A DNA stretch of 64,000 nt from Octopus vulgaris. Lineage: Eukaryota. Each line of letters opens with the position of its first letter. Within the stretch, counting starts at the first letter, position 1. Location of the stretch: the NCBI GenBank assembly GCA_951406725.2, contig OX597814.1, positions 91,140,001 through 91,204,000 on the forward strand, in the 5' to 3' direction. Positions 12,601 through 24,507 of this stretch are shown one piece after another. The translations under genes were made by a program, and so were the position numbers. The notes under the pieces were generated by a model, which did no database searches, was not told the origin of the DNA, and saw only the letters and a list, made by a program, of their open reading frames with translations.

Positions 12601-13830
12601 TCATAGATCTAAATGTAAGTTCACCCCACGCAAATAGTACCCAATTACAAACCCCTTGTTGTTGGTGAAGCAGAGATCCAATATATTATTCGCTCTGGTT
12701 GTTCGGAGCACCATTTGCTCAATGAATAGGGTATAGGTGAGGGTGAGCAGGGACTCCACCAGTACTTGTTTGCAATGAGTCATTCCTAAGAGCATAAGGC
12801 CCTTGGGCCATTTGACAGTAGAGAAGTTGAAATCACCAATAAGAAACACATTCACATCTTGTTCCAGTTTCATGAGGGTGACTTTTATTATTGTGAGGCA
12901 ATCTTCAAATTTATCCGCGTGATTTGGAGCATTCGATGGGCGATATGTACTGCATATGATTATATTGTGTTGTCTTATGGATATATCTTGAGTGTCATTT
13001 ACTGAATTTCAGTATGACAGTAGTACCTGGAGTGAGAGGTCCTCACGGATGTATGCAGCAACTCCACTATGGTTGCTTTCCTTTCTGTTTGTTCGCAGTA
13101 TACTATATTTTAGTAAGTTTACTCCTGCATCCCCTATAAGGTAAGTTTCCATGAATGCTATGCATTAGGGCTTGATTGTATGCAGCAAGGTCTCTCGGAG
13201 AAAAGATTTTGCTTTTGTTGTAATGGAACTGGCCTCCAAAATTTAGTAAAAATATTGCCGTGACGACAATGCTGTTGACTGTTGTTGGTAAGGGTCCGTG
13301 TTTGCGCTTGATGTAGCTAGGTCAGCTACTGCACAAACTTTTGCACCATGCTCAGAAAAGACACTTGCACAGCTGCTGCTTTTCGTGTAACATCTGAAGA
13401 GCGCACTGCATCATGCATACTTTCTCTTTGAAACGATAAGTGCCTCACCTCTGGGAAGAATTGACACTTAAGACACCTGCAGTTTTAGCGAGGTCTTGGG
13501 TGAGCAAACAGGCAGTTTGTACCGTTCTCCATGCCAAAACTTACGTTGCAGGTAAAATGTTCACGTCTTTCTTGTCTTTAATTCAATTTTCTTCTATCAT
13601 TAGAGTTGGGGAATCCATTGGAGACTATATACTTCGGTTGATTTTCGTTTTTTGTTCGTTGGTCTTGGGTTTCGCTTTGAATTTTAGATGTTTCGTCATT
13701 TCCAATTCCTTTCCCTACCACTCTTTTTTATGTTTTTGCTCGTGGTCTTTCCGTCCTTTACGGGTGCTGGCCTTATGTCCCCTTGGTTGTTCACTCGGGA
13801 GGGGACTCCACTCTTTCGTGTGACCACAAA
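12601..13830 (-). mobile_element. 5' part of a CR1/L2-type LINE: Cys/His-rich ORF1 remnant plus APE endonuclease remnant
   Basis: IGDFNF..VKW and TRANNILDLCFTNN are APE motifs. Upstream YRPS-like and GVA-like blocks carry stops. Confidence 0.8.
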
Positions 13831-14059
13831 GAATTATGTTTGATGAATCATCTCAAATATCTTTATCAGTATTACTACAGTTATTTTCCTTGTGACACCA
13901 AGAGTATCAAAAGGGGTATAATAAGGGCAGAGAATCGGATAGATTTGTGTGTATATATATATATATAAAACGTATGTACGTACATATATGCCTATATGGA
14001 TAAATATTTATGTTTACTTCAAAGATAGATAAACTTTTTTGTAATGATTGTGATTATGA

Positions 14060-15832
14060 ATGTATATTGTTGTGATTATAAATATCGCGGTAAATGCCAG
14101 TAGCAATCCAAAAACCTTCTTTGCCCATGTCCAGCGGAATTCCCGCTTGAACAACCAGATTGCAACGTTGGTAGACTCAACAGGCGTATCGATTGAGGAC
14201 CCTTATCAACAGAGTCAATTAATTGCCGAGGCCTTTTCAACTATTTTCAAACGAGATGATGGTCGTGAACCCCCTCCATTTGATAGATCGGTACCTCCAA
14301 TGCTCCGATTGGTCATCACGCGGGACGAAGTCAAACGTGTTATTCAAGGCCTCGATGTCAACAAGGGTCACGGCCCTGACGGCATACACCCACGGGTTAT
14401 CAAAGCGTTGGCTCCGGTCATCTGCGAGCCCTTAACACGACTATTCAATATGTCATTGGCGACGGGTGTTATACCTGCAGACAGGAGAACAGCGATAATC
14501 TGCCCAATTTTAAAGAAAGGGAGCCGCGAAGACCCGCTTAACTACCGACCGGTTTCCCTTACATCAATAATCAGCAAGATGTTCGAAACCATCCTTAAGA
14601 AAAGTATGATGCTCCACCTCCTAAACACAGCCTCTATCTCTGATTCCCAACACGGCTTCGTGCCGAAGAGATCATGCTTGACCAACTTACTAGTAATGGA
14701 AGAATTGGTGACGCGCATCCTCGATGATAGTGATGCTGTTGACATCGTTTTATTGGACTTTGCCAAAGCTTTTGACTCGGTAAACCACCGCCTATTACTT
14801 GTCAAGCTTCAAGCATATAGTTTCCATCCGGATATTATACGATGGGTTGGTGCCTTCCTCTCAGATCGCTCCTTCCAAGTCCAAGTTAATGGTTCGCGGT
14901 CCGACGTCTCCAGTGCGAGCAGTGGCGTGCCTCAAGGTTCAGTGCTTGGGCCCTTGTTGTTCTTAGTCTTCATAAATGACTTGCCCGACGACCTCACGCA
15001 ACACACCCTTCTATTTGCCGACGATATCAAACTGGTCGCTCCCCGCGGTAATATAGAGGATCTTCGTCGATGCCTCCACCAACTTTGGAAGTGGTCTAAC
15101 GATTGGGACCTGTGTCTGAACGTGTCAAAGTGCTGTCATCTGCCTGTCGGCTCTACTCCTGCAACTCAACTTGATTTCGAGCCGGGTCGTCTGCTGCTGG
15201 AGAGGACCGATCAGGTAAAGGACCTGGGTATCTTGGTGGATTCCTCCTTTTCGCCTTCGGCCCAGTGCGTCCATGCTGCCAACAAAGCACGTGGAACTCT
15301 GTTCTTGATTCGACGGTCATTCGGAATGCTCACAGCAGCCATATTCCTACCATTCTATGTCACGCTGGTGAGACCCATATTGGAGTATGGGATTCAAGCC
15401 TCTTCTCCTTATCTCCTCAAAGACATACAGCATCTCGAAAGAGTCCAGAAGCTGGCTACCCGCATGGTTCATGGTCTCAAAAATTTGTCCTACGAAGAAA
15501 GGCTGAGGACGCTCGACCTTTATTCTCTTGAAAAATGCCGCCGCCGTGGTGATCTCATTCTCGCCCACAACATCATAAGCGGAAAGTGTAACCTCTCGAA
15601 AGAGCTGTTCTTCACTCCTGCTCCAGAGCGTCGGCTGCGGGGTCATTCCGAAAAGCTCTACCTGCGACGATTTCATCTCAATCGAAGGAGAGGAGCTTTC
15701 TCCGTCCGGGTTGCGGATCCGTGGAACAAGCTGCCAGACGAGATGGTGAAGATGCCGACGACCGCTTTGTCCAAAGCCTCCCTGGACTTCAAGTGGCCTG
15801 AACTCTTTACAGGAACACCACCCTGTACTTAA
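14060..15832 (+). CDS. Reverse transcriptase ORF2 (5'-truncated) of a CR1-clade LINE
   Basis: GPDGIHP, NYRPVSLTS, QHGF, LDFAKAFDSV, SGVPQGSVLGPLLF, LFADD, KDLGI, and the CR1-type C-terminus RGHSEKL...FSVRVADPWNKLP. Open for 590 codons; the ATG is probably in flanking DNA. Confidence 0.95.
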   Translation: MYIVVIINIAVNASSNPKTFFAHVQRNSRLNNQIATLVDSTGVSIEDPYQQSQLIAEAFSTIFKRDDGREPPPFDRSVPPMLRLVITRDEVKRVIQGLDVNKGHGPDGIHPRVIKALAPVICEPLTRLFNMSLATGVIPADRRTAIICPILKKGSREDPLNYRPVSLTSIISKMFETILKKSMMLHLLNTASISDSQHGFVPKRSCLTNLLVMEELVTRILDDSDAVDIVLLDFAKAFDSVNHRLLLVKLQAYSFHPDIIRWVGAFLSDRSFQVQVNGSRSDVSSASSGVPQGSVLGPLLFLVFINDLPDDLTQHTLLFADDIKLVAPRGNIEDLRRCLHQLWKWSNDWDLCLNVSKCCHLPVGSTPATQLDFEPGRLLLERTDQVKDLGILVDSSFSPSAQCVHAANKARGTLFLIRRSFGMLTAAIFLPFYVTLVRPILEYGIQASSPYLLKDIQHLERVQKLATRMVHGLKNLSYEERLRTLDLYSLEKCRRRGDLILAHNIISGKCNLSKELFFTPAPERRLRGHSEKLYLRRFHLNRRRGAFSVRVADPWNKLPDEMVKMPTTALSKASLDFKWPELFTGTPPCT

Positions 15833-15903
15833 CTCCATGTCCCCCTATATGGCCTTGCTATTTGCTTTTGAGCCAAATTAACAAACTAACTAAACTAACT
15901 AAC
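14084..15903 (+). mobile_element. 5'-truncated CR1-clade LINE with (CTAA)n-like 3' tail
   Basis: Abrupt GC rise near 14084, short 3' UTR, and tail AACTAACTAAACTAACTAAC ending near 15903. Confidence 0.9.
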
Positions 15904-16854
15904 ATATATCTTGAAAGAACGAGCAGAGGAGTGAAGTGAGTTCATGTGAAGACTTGCACTATTCAACTTTGAGTGGGCGGTTTCCTTTTCAAACTGATTT
16001 GATCTACATTATATATATATATGCACATAAAAATATCAATATGTACACTTATTTTTTATGCAATTGAATTATACAAGCTTCTTTTATTTTATTAACTTTT
16101 AGTTTACTTTTTGTAATATATGTCATATAAATTGAAATAAAAATGGATGGCCCACTCATTTTGGGTAAATTTAAGTCATTTTAGACTGTTTAACTTTACC
16201 CTTCTGCCCAATTAATTTATGTTGCATATATATTATTACTGATACTTTATTATTACTTTCTAATTTTAATTTTAAATTATTATTTTTTAATTATAAGGAT
16301 CTAAGTTCTTGATAACAATAATATTGTGCTGCAACTTTTAAAAGTGAAATAGGTACAAAGATTTAACAGAATTAATTATGATATAAATGAAATAATAATA
16401 GTTTTTCACTGTTAAAAATTTGCACTTAAAAATCTATTTTCTGTTTGATAATTTCTATACATTATTGTAATTTTTATCTTTGTTTGATGAAATGGTTTTG
16501 TCGTTTGGTTGTAACAGTAGTCACCTACCATTTTTTCTGCCTTAAAATATTCATTAGATTTGTATGTATTTAAGATTACAAATGATTTAAAATTTTTAAA
16601 AAGTGCAACAAAATGCGTTTTGGTGAATTTTTATGAGATACTTTCAAAACGTATTAGTAATTTTTTAGAAATAAATACCTACTTGTTTCTTTCTTTTTAA
16701 AGTCTAATATTGGTTGATATTTTTTCAATAGAGCATTTTGTTGAATTACTTTATTTTCTTTTTCAAGAAATCTTTTCCCATAAAATTTGTTCCCTTTTTA
16801 GATTATATTTTTAAGCATTAAATTTTCATCAAGAAAAAAACAAGTACCAGTACC

Positions 16855-17079
16855 TATTTCTTTACTACCCACAAGGGGCTAAACACAGAGAGGACAAACA
16901 AGGATAGTTAAACGATTATATCGACCCCAGTGTGCGTAACTGGTACTTATTTAATCGAACCCGAAAGGATGAAAGGCAAAGTCGGCTTCGGCGGAATTTA
17001 AACTCCGAACGTAGCTGCAGACGAGTTACCGCTACACATTTCGCCCGGCGTGCTAACATTTCTGCCAGCTCGGCGCCTT
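16855..17079 (-). mobile_element. tRNA-headed SINE with a Tx1-like LINE-derived 3' tail
   Basis: Head GGCGCCGAGCTGGCAGAA..., tail ...GCCCCTTGTGGGTAGTAAAGAAAT, and imperfect ~18-bp TSD AAA(A/C)CAAGTA(C/A)CAGTACC. Confidence 0.85.
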
Positions 17080-17547
17080 AAAACCAAGTAACAGTACCAT
17101 CGTTAGCCCGTTATCATAGGTTTACACCCACATACCGCGAGGAGGTGATAGTTGAATTTAATGGGGGAAAGCTGCCAAATATTTAGTTTATTAGTTTATT
17201 AAATAGAGAAATGCAATTTCATATCTTTTAATTCATTTATTTTTTAAAAATTTGATTAAATACCTTCAAAAAGTAACGCAATAATAATATTCATTTTAGA
17301 AAGGAAATTGACATTATATGTCGTAAATTGAGTGTCACTAATAATATTCCAATTGTCATTATTTTTAACTATGCAAGTATAATGACCACTATTGACTTCA
17401 TTCAATGTATACATTATGCCAGCTTTTGATTTAAAATTAGTGCCAAAAATATTTTGCTTTCTGGTATTAAAATATGTGAATTCAGCATTAATTCTTCTGA
17501 CAATATCATTATCAATAGCATCGCCACTTTATAAAAAAAATATAAAT

Positions 17548-18225
17548 AATGTTAAAGGCAATTTCTAAAAGAAAAAATATAATTTCGAAAAAAATATACA
17601 TTGAGAACTATTAAAAGTAAAAATTATCTGATATTTAATCCAGTATAAATATCTTTTTTAAATTAAAAAAAAATTAAATTTGCGCTTAAAAGACATTCCA
17701 AAAATATTTATGGTAGTGTCAGTGTTTCTGTGTTAGTTTTTATTGTATCAATATTAATTATGGTGGATGGAGTATTTGCAAGCAATCTTCCAAATGTCGA
17801 TCAGCATAGCAAACGTCTTGAATTTGCAAAAATACTTTGTCGTTAAAAAAATATGTATCATCATGTTTGAATGAAATTGCGACGCTTTGCAAAGATCTAT
17901 AAAAAAATTAATGAAAGTAAAAATTTAAATTTCGATTTTTTCAAAAATCGGCGATTTTTCGCCATTCTAAAAAAAATTATAAATGAAATAATTTTAAATG
18001 CAAATTCTAAAAGAAACAATATAGTTTCAAAAAAACTATTAAAAGTAAAAATTATCTGATATTTAATCCAATATAAATTATTTAAAAAAAATTAATTTTT
18101 AATTTTGTGCTTAAAAGACATTCCAAAACAAAAAAATTATAGCGTCAGGGTTTCTCTGTTAGTTTTTATTTATGGTAGCGTCAGTGTTTCTGTGTTAGTT
18201 TATATTATATTAATATTAATTATGA
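17548..18225 (+). repeat. Diverged direct duplication of about 220 bp (~17548-17765 and ~17990-18225)
   Basis: Shared AACTATTAAAAGTAAAAATTATCTGATATTTAATCCA and GTCAGTGTTTCTGTGTTAGTTT. Confidence 0.8.
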
Positions 18226-19214
18226 CCTGCCGCTAGCCGAGCCGCAGTAATAACAATGAAAATCGATAGACCTCTCGTGTAACACCAAAGAGCTTATTAG
18301 ATTTCAGTGGCTGAATGAAAGTCAGAAAATGATGACGACTCAAAAATGCAAATAAAATTCTAATTAATGAATTAAGAATAAAATTTTAAAAATACAAATT
18401 ATATGTATTTACAACCCTTGTAATACAAGGAACATGTTAATATAAGTTTCGTTCTAATGAGTTAATACATATAAATAATAGGACCCGGGTGCGCATTAGG
18501 CATTTATAGACGAGCACGTCGTTCGAGCCTCTAATTTTGTTGAGACTCGCACTCAGCCGTACTCGTCTAATGTGACTAGCCTGCATAAAAGAGTCAATAG
18601 ACAACATATTTTTCATGTAAAATTAGTGTACATTTATACACAAAAGAGGTTAGCCTACCAGGACACCTTACAGGCTAAAAGGAGCAGTCAAAATCCAAAA
18701 CCAAGATTAAGAGTAGATTTCGAAGGGGATGAAAAATAAATACATTTTCCATAGTTACCACATGTACCTAAGTTTCTAACATTAATGAACAAACAAAATA
18801 GATTTTGACATCGGTGTTCTCATCACCCCGGCGCTACAATTGATTTATATTGATGACATTATAGACAGCATATGTCCCATTTACATACATTATATTATTT
18901 CAAATACATCACACAAATGCAGTTATAGTCGGTAGCAAATAAAAATATATGTACCAACGTCAAAATTACGAAAAGTATATTACGATAATATATATAGGGT
19001 AGAAAAATAAGAGAAATTCTCTACAAATGGCTGTGGGCCTTTGTACTCTATACTAGTGCAGCACCTGGTCCTGAATTTATACGGAGTACGCGGTTCCTTT
19101 GGTACAATACAATGGCAGCCAGTTCTGGCATTTGTATAACACTCGATGCCAAATTTAGATACTCGCCCTTCAAGTAGAAAATGTTATGAGGGAAAATGTC
19201 ACGAAATTTGTTAT

Positions 19215-19325
19215 AAACTGGCAGAAACGTTAGCGCGTCGGGTGAACTTCTTAGCGATATTTCGTCTGTCTTCACGTCTTGAGTTCAAATTTCGTCGCGG
19301 TCGACATTTCCATTTCGGATCTTAG
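19215..19325 (+). mobile_element. SINE head fragment (family of 16855 and 55812)
   Basis: CTGGCAGAAACGTTAGC...TTGAGTTCAAATT..GTCGAC. Confidence 0.7.
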
Positions 19326-19513
19326 TTCAAATACCACAGCGTTATTCCTTACCTTTCTGTCGTATATACTGTAAAGTAAAAGTATAAGCAGAACGGGGCT
19401 CATTACACCCCACACACGCCTTTAATAATTAGTAGATGCATGTGTAAATCAGAAACCATCATGCATGTGTTTACGTATTCATAATTGTATGTGCACACAC
19501 ACATATATATCTC

Positions 19514-19989
19514 TTGAAAGGTATAACGAATAGACGCTCTAATTGATCAAAACAAATTTATAATATTCCAATATTATAACAAATCAAACAGATATATATT
19601 AAAACATCGCAGAATGCTAAAACTCAATCGCATAAAATATACACATGTATACGAATAAGAGGGGGATAAATCCTAAACGATAATACGAGTGAAGTTGAAT
19701 GAAGAAAAATATATGGATTAAATTAAAGCATAATAAAAGCATTGCCTTAAATTTTTAGCCGCTTTTATTATTCATTAATTTAATCCATATATTTATCTAC
19801 ATTCGACTTTACACGTATTACCCTTTTAGAATTTTTCACCATTTATTCCTGTATGTGTATATTTTATGTTATTGGGTTTTACCATTCGATGCCCTGATGT
19901 TTTAATATATATTTATGTTCCATTTATAATATGGGAATGTTATAAACTTGTTTTGACCAATTAGAACGTTTATTCGTTATATCTTTCAA
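19514..19989. repeat. Diverged foldback/palindrome of about 475 bp
   Basis: TTGAAAGGTATAACGAATAGACGCTCTAATTG at 19514 pairs with CAATTAGAACGTTTATTCGTTATATCTTTCAA ending at 19989. Inner ATATATGGATTAAATTAA / TTAATTTAATCCATATAT. Confidence 0.85.
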
Positions 19990-20099
19990 TTTACTTTTCT
20001 TTTTGTTTCAGTGTTACACGAGTACTACCGTATGCAGTCCCTCTTTATTCTTCGGTTTAACGAAATTATAAAATTATCCTTACATACATACCGAAATTG

Positions 20100-20290
20100 T
20101 ATTAGCATGCTGCACTGATGGCACAAAACTGTCATATTTTATAATTTTTAGAAGACATTGCCTAAAGAAAGGATACCCAATGGCATTTATGTTCGTGTCC
20201 ACCCAAAAGGTTTGATGGATGAGGGAGAAATGAAACTGTGGCTTGATAAAGTTCGGTCCAGGTGACTTGGGCTATTACAGAAACGTGCAT
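20100..20290 (+). mobile_element. pogo/Tigger-family DDE transposase fragment
   Basis: KTLPKERIPNGIYVRVHPKGLMDEGEMKLWLDKV resembles the pogo-type motif KGWMDE..MK.WL.KVW. Confidence 0.75.
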
Positions 20291-20844
20291 ATTTTTCTTA
20301 CACCTGAAATTTCTTCTAAACTGTGACTTGCTATATATTCATTTTATTGGTACGTTATCTGCGTATCTGTATATCTGTGCATATATATATAGCATGAATT
20401 ATTCGTGATAAGGTGTTCGAAAACTGAGGTACTACTGTATACATATGAAATGTATATTAAAAAGTGGGCCGTGTGAAAACTCATTTAAATGGGGCTGTGA
20501 ACCAGTGTGAAACGATTTTGAACCACTGTCTTTAGCTTTTGCAAATGATACACACTCAGGATTGTCAATGGACTATCTTGTCTCAAGCATTCACATTACA
20601 AACTGTGAAATCGTGTTTTCTTTTTTTATTTTTTTTGCAGTGTTAATCTTTTTTGAGAGAGTCTAGACATATTCTGTCGCAACGCTCTTCAAATGCACCC
20701 CATTTCTGAGCAATATATTAATTTTATTGGTACGTTATAAGCGTTCCAGAGTTACATGCAACTATCTGTGGTCAAAAATCACTTACATTTATTTGTTTAT
20801 TTATTTATTTATTTAGAGAAAATTGTGTTAATAGATTACGTATA

Positions 20845-21212
20845 TCTCTCTCTATATAAACGGCAGTTTGCCTGTGCATTTTCTGTGTGTCTGTTTTCTC
20901 GTACCCTCACTCTGGCCACGGCTTTCAACCGATTCTGATGAAACTTGACACACATAGCCCAATGTCATAATTCAAAACTAACGCAGCGAAAATTTTGAAA
21001 AGTTCCCCCAGTTCTGAAAAAAAATCGATAAATTCGACATGGGGTCGAGAATCAGAAACCCAAACCACAGACCGTCTAGGGGACGCAACTCCACCTTTTT
21101 AACTCTCAAAAAAAAATTTACCATAATTTTTTTTTTTTTGGCTATAACTCTCTAAAAATGCTTTATAGTTATTTCCCTTACAAACCTGAGCAACGCCGGG
21201 CGATACTGCTAG
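20845..21212 (+). mobile_element. Non-autonomous Helitron
   Basis: 5' TC after host A, subterminal hairpin CCTGAGCAACGCCGGG, 3' CTAG followed by host T, and no TSD. Confidence 0.8.
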
Positions 21213-21849
21213 TTAAATATAAAACAGTAAACCATATCGTTTGCCATCGTGAAATGCCTGTAATATTGTGTCAGCTCTTCTGCATGGTACATTTAAATTT
21301 CACCTGAATTACAACATCCATACTTCAATCAAAACTATTATGAATAAGGTAAATAATATATTCTAACAACATGCTCATTCTTAAGACAGAATGTGTCACT
21401 GGTACATTTTTTAAAGATAGAAGTTTACTGAAGCTTATTACGGGAACACGTCGTCGTGAAATATTCTTTTTCGGCCTATTCGTCTCTTCAAAGAATTCTA
21501 TTTCTAGGTAAGATTTTCAGATGAAATTTAAAGAATACAGTAGTGTCTATTTTCAGAGAATTTAAATTATAGACAGAAGATACAGTCAGTGAAAATGTCG
21601 TTGCTCCGTTCATGTGCCTCACCTAGATGACGGGAGAATTGGCTGGTTACATTTGTATCTTTCACTAGTTTTAATGTATTTGGTCCCATCGTGCACATAG
21701 GGACACGCAGAATGGAATAGACAGTCAAGACTGGATCACACACTGAGAAGACGTAGCCGGTACCGGGTATTACAATAGACAGTTCCATCTGATTAGGTTA
21801 ATACTGAGACCGAGTCCAGTCTACACCCTACCCCAGCCTTGCAATGGTA

Positions 21850-22800
21850 GCTCAGGAAACAACATCTCATGCACATACAACGATCTACTGGTCACGCTCT
21901 GGACAAGCCCTAGGTTACTCCCTCAACATACTGTACATGCAGAGTATAGCAGTTCTGCACAGTAGTCACCGAAAAGTCTTGTCACGGATTCCCATCGCCA
22001 GTAGCCTCTCCTCTGAGGGCTGGAATCATGCGCCGCAAGAGCCACCGGTGAGTCCGCGCACTTCAACTGGCGACATAGCTCTCAAGGAGAGAGTTACGCA
22101 GTCTGTATTTGCGTACATTTGCATATTCGTAACAGTTATGTCGACGACTACTTTTTCAGAATAGCGAAGTACCAGGTCGGAAACCAGCTTGGTAGTAGAA
22201 GTTCAGTAGGCCCGATCCCATCCGACCTCCCAGTCCTATTTGTGCTTCCTTCGTTACCAGCAGTCATAGATTCCTATGCCTGGTCATTCTGAATTTAAGC
22301 CCAGATACTGGCCGCTGACGCGAGCTATCGAGTCAGTCCTCTTTCCACGACGCGGACAGGTAGCGGAGCCTCTGCCTCCGTTTGTAAGTCACCACCGGGT
22401 AGGAAACGTATTGGAGCGCATGTTATGTAACCACAAGTAGCATTCATCAGTTATCCGTCCCGGGCGTAAAATCCAACCTCTTTCCGATTGAACCCGAACG
22501 AAATGACAACGCGCAGGCACGCTGAACGTGTTGGGATGCCCACCTATCGGAGTACACTCGGGAATATACGCTCACGCCTAAACGAATCAAAAGATCGAAA
22601 CCCGAAACCATGTCTTGGTTCAGATCGGCAAGGCCGGTTGCCTTATTACTCGGACGAGCTCGTATCTTGATATTAACAAGCGAAGTTTCTGTCAAATATT
22701 AGCGCATCATCCTTGTCAACTGACAAAGACTCAACCGCCATCACTCCGACTACAATATAGGAAATGAAAAGACGTCGATTAAGGAAGGTGGAGTATTCTA
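21850..22800 (-). mobile_element. Degenerate 3' part of an REL-type non-LTR retrotransposon (R2/NeSL-like)
   Basis: Minus-strand translation gives NTFPTR..RGSATCPRRGKRTDSIAR (CCHC remnant), TRHRNL, LVSDLVLRYSEKVVVDITVT (PD..D nuclease), and VRGLTGGSCGA*...LLAMGI. Confidence 0.7.
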
Positions 22801-24507
22801 CGGCCTCCCAAAGAGATGGTTGTGTCCACCCTCTCGAAAAAGCATTAACCCATAAAGCGAAGCTGATAATCTTGTTCGATCATTCGTCGAGGTTTCAAAG
22901 GAGCATGACATTTTATCAATACTCCAGTTAAGCTTCCACAGAGTCGAAAACGAACTCCATGTGTCGATGCAATTCTAAATAGGGAACCAGATTTACTCTT
23001 CATTTTACAAACTGGAGAAAAGTGTTTTGCATTCCAGCATTGAAGTAAATTTTTAATAAAGCAACAGTGAACGAGGTAAATAGCATTAAAAATGATTGAG
23101 GTATTTTCTTTATTGATATTCAAAATTCAAAGATACATAAGAAATACATTCATTAACTCCTCTCCTCCATAGTGTTACAAATGATATTGATGAATAGGAG
23201 GAACTACTTTTATGTAAGAATTGTAGTTTAGCAAATTTACTCTTGAAATAAAGGTTTCAATTACTTAGTATATGCACTAATAATGTATCTAATCACTTTA
23301 AATGCTTATTTCCATGACTTTCAAGTGACCTAAAAAAATATCCAGCACTATCAACGCTAGAATTTGAGTATCTAATTAGTTCTTTATATTCTGGTACTTC
23401 TCACGCGAGGAAAGAAAATGGATTGCATTCTCGCATGTAAAAAGGAAATGTAAGTGTATTCTGCAAATTTTGAAGACTAAATTTAGAAATTCAAGTTTGA
23501 AAAAAAAATTTAAACAACGGATGCGGCACATGAGAATCTTCGCACGGACTGACAAAGTAGATTTCGGGCTTACACTTTCACCCTCAATGTCATGTGTACA
23601 GTGCGAAAGCAAATCCATTTCATATAGATGGCCTACTTACTGGCAGAAAAAAAAATTCATCGAAATAAAATTCTATAAAATGAGTTGTTCCGATTGAAAT
23701 CCAGACATTGCTTGAACAAAAAGGAATGCCTATCTGCCTTGAACAGCATGGTTTACTAACCGTTGACAGTTTATCAGGTAGAGTGTTGATGCTCTGAAGA
23801 GCAGAAGTAAAATATTTTACAATCCTTTTTAGCATTCACTGACAATTTGAAACCCTCTTTTTCTTTGAAGAAAGAGATGCATAAGCGCTTTCAATCAATT
23901 TTCAGTTTAGTCATATTTAGTGAGAGTTTAACCTATTTCTGCTTTACTCTGTAAACAAAGAATATTTAAGATATTCTGTCTATTAAAATAAGCAGTACGT
24001 ACTTGCTAAATGGTTTCCCACGTCCCGTTTAGCTTCTTTTAACCCTATTTGGACACCCTGGTGGATTGATCGGCCATGTGATACAAGCTGAAAGGACTAT
24101 TACACTTCAGGACGATAGATCGTCCTTCAGTTGATGTATCTCAATAGAAAAGAAATTGATATTTGGGGATACACATCAAAACACGGTGTCTCAAAAGGGT
24201 CAATATATTAAAAGTATTAAAATCAAATGTAGTATTAGAAAAACTTGAACCTAATGCAATATAGAAATTTTTTTTGTTGGAGGTAGAGGAGTGTACACAA
24301 ATAAGTTTGCTTGTACAATTGACAGTCAACTGATTTAAACTGCCGACTTTTCTTCCGTGGAGAAAAGTTGCAATATTTAAGACCTTTTCTGCATTGTAGT
24401 AAAAATATAAAGTAACAATTGGGTATATCTAATCTACACAAACTACGGATTTTAGCAAACAAAGAAAAATTATCAAAAGAAAAAAAAATTAGCAAACAAA
24501 AGAAAAA

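Noticed and set aside
12601-15832. APE fragment and RT ORF as one LINE
   Set aside because: Opposite strands, very different decay, and separated by host-like DNA; more likely two insertions.
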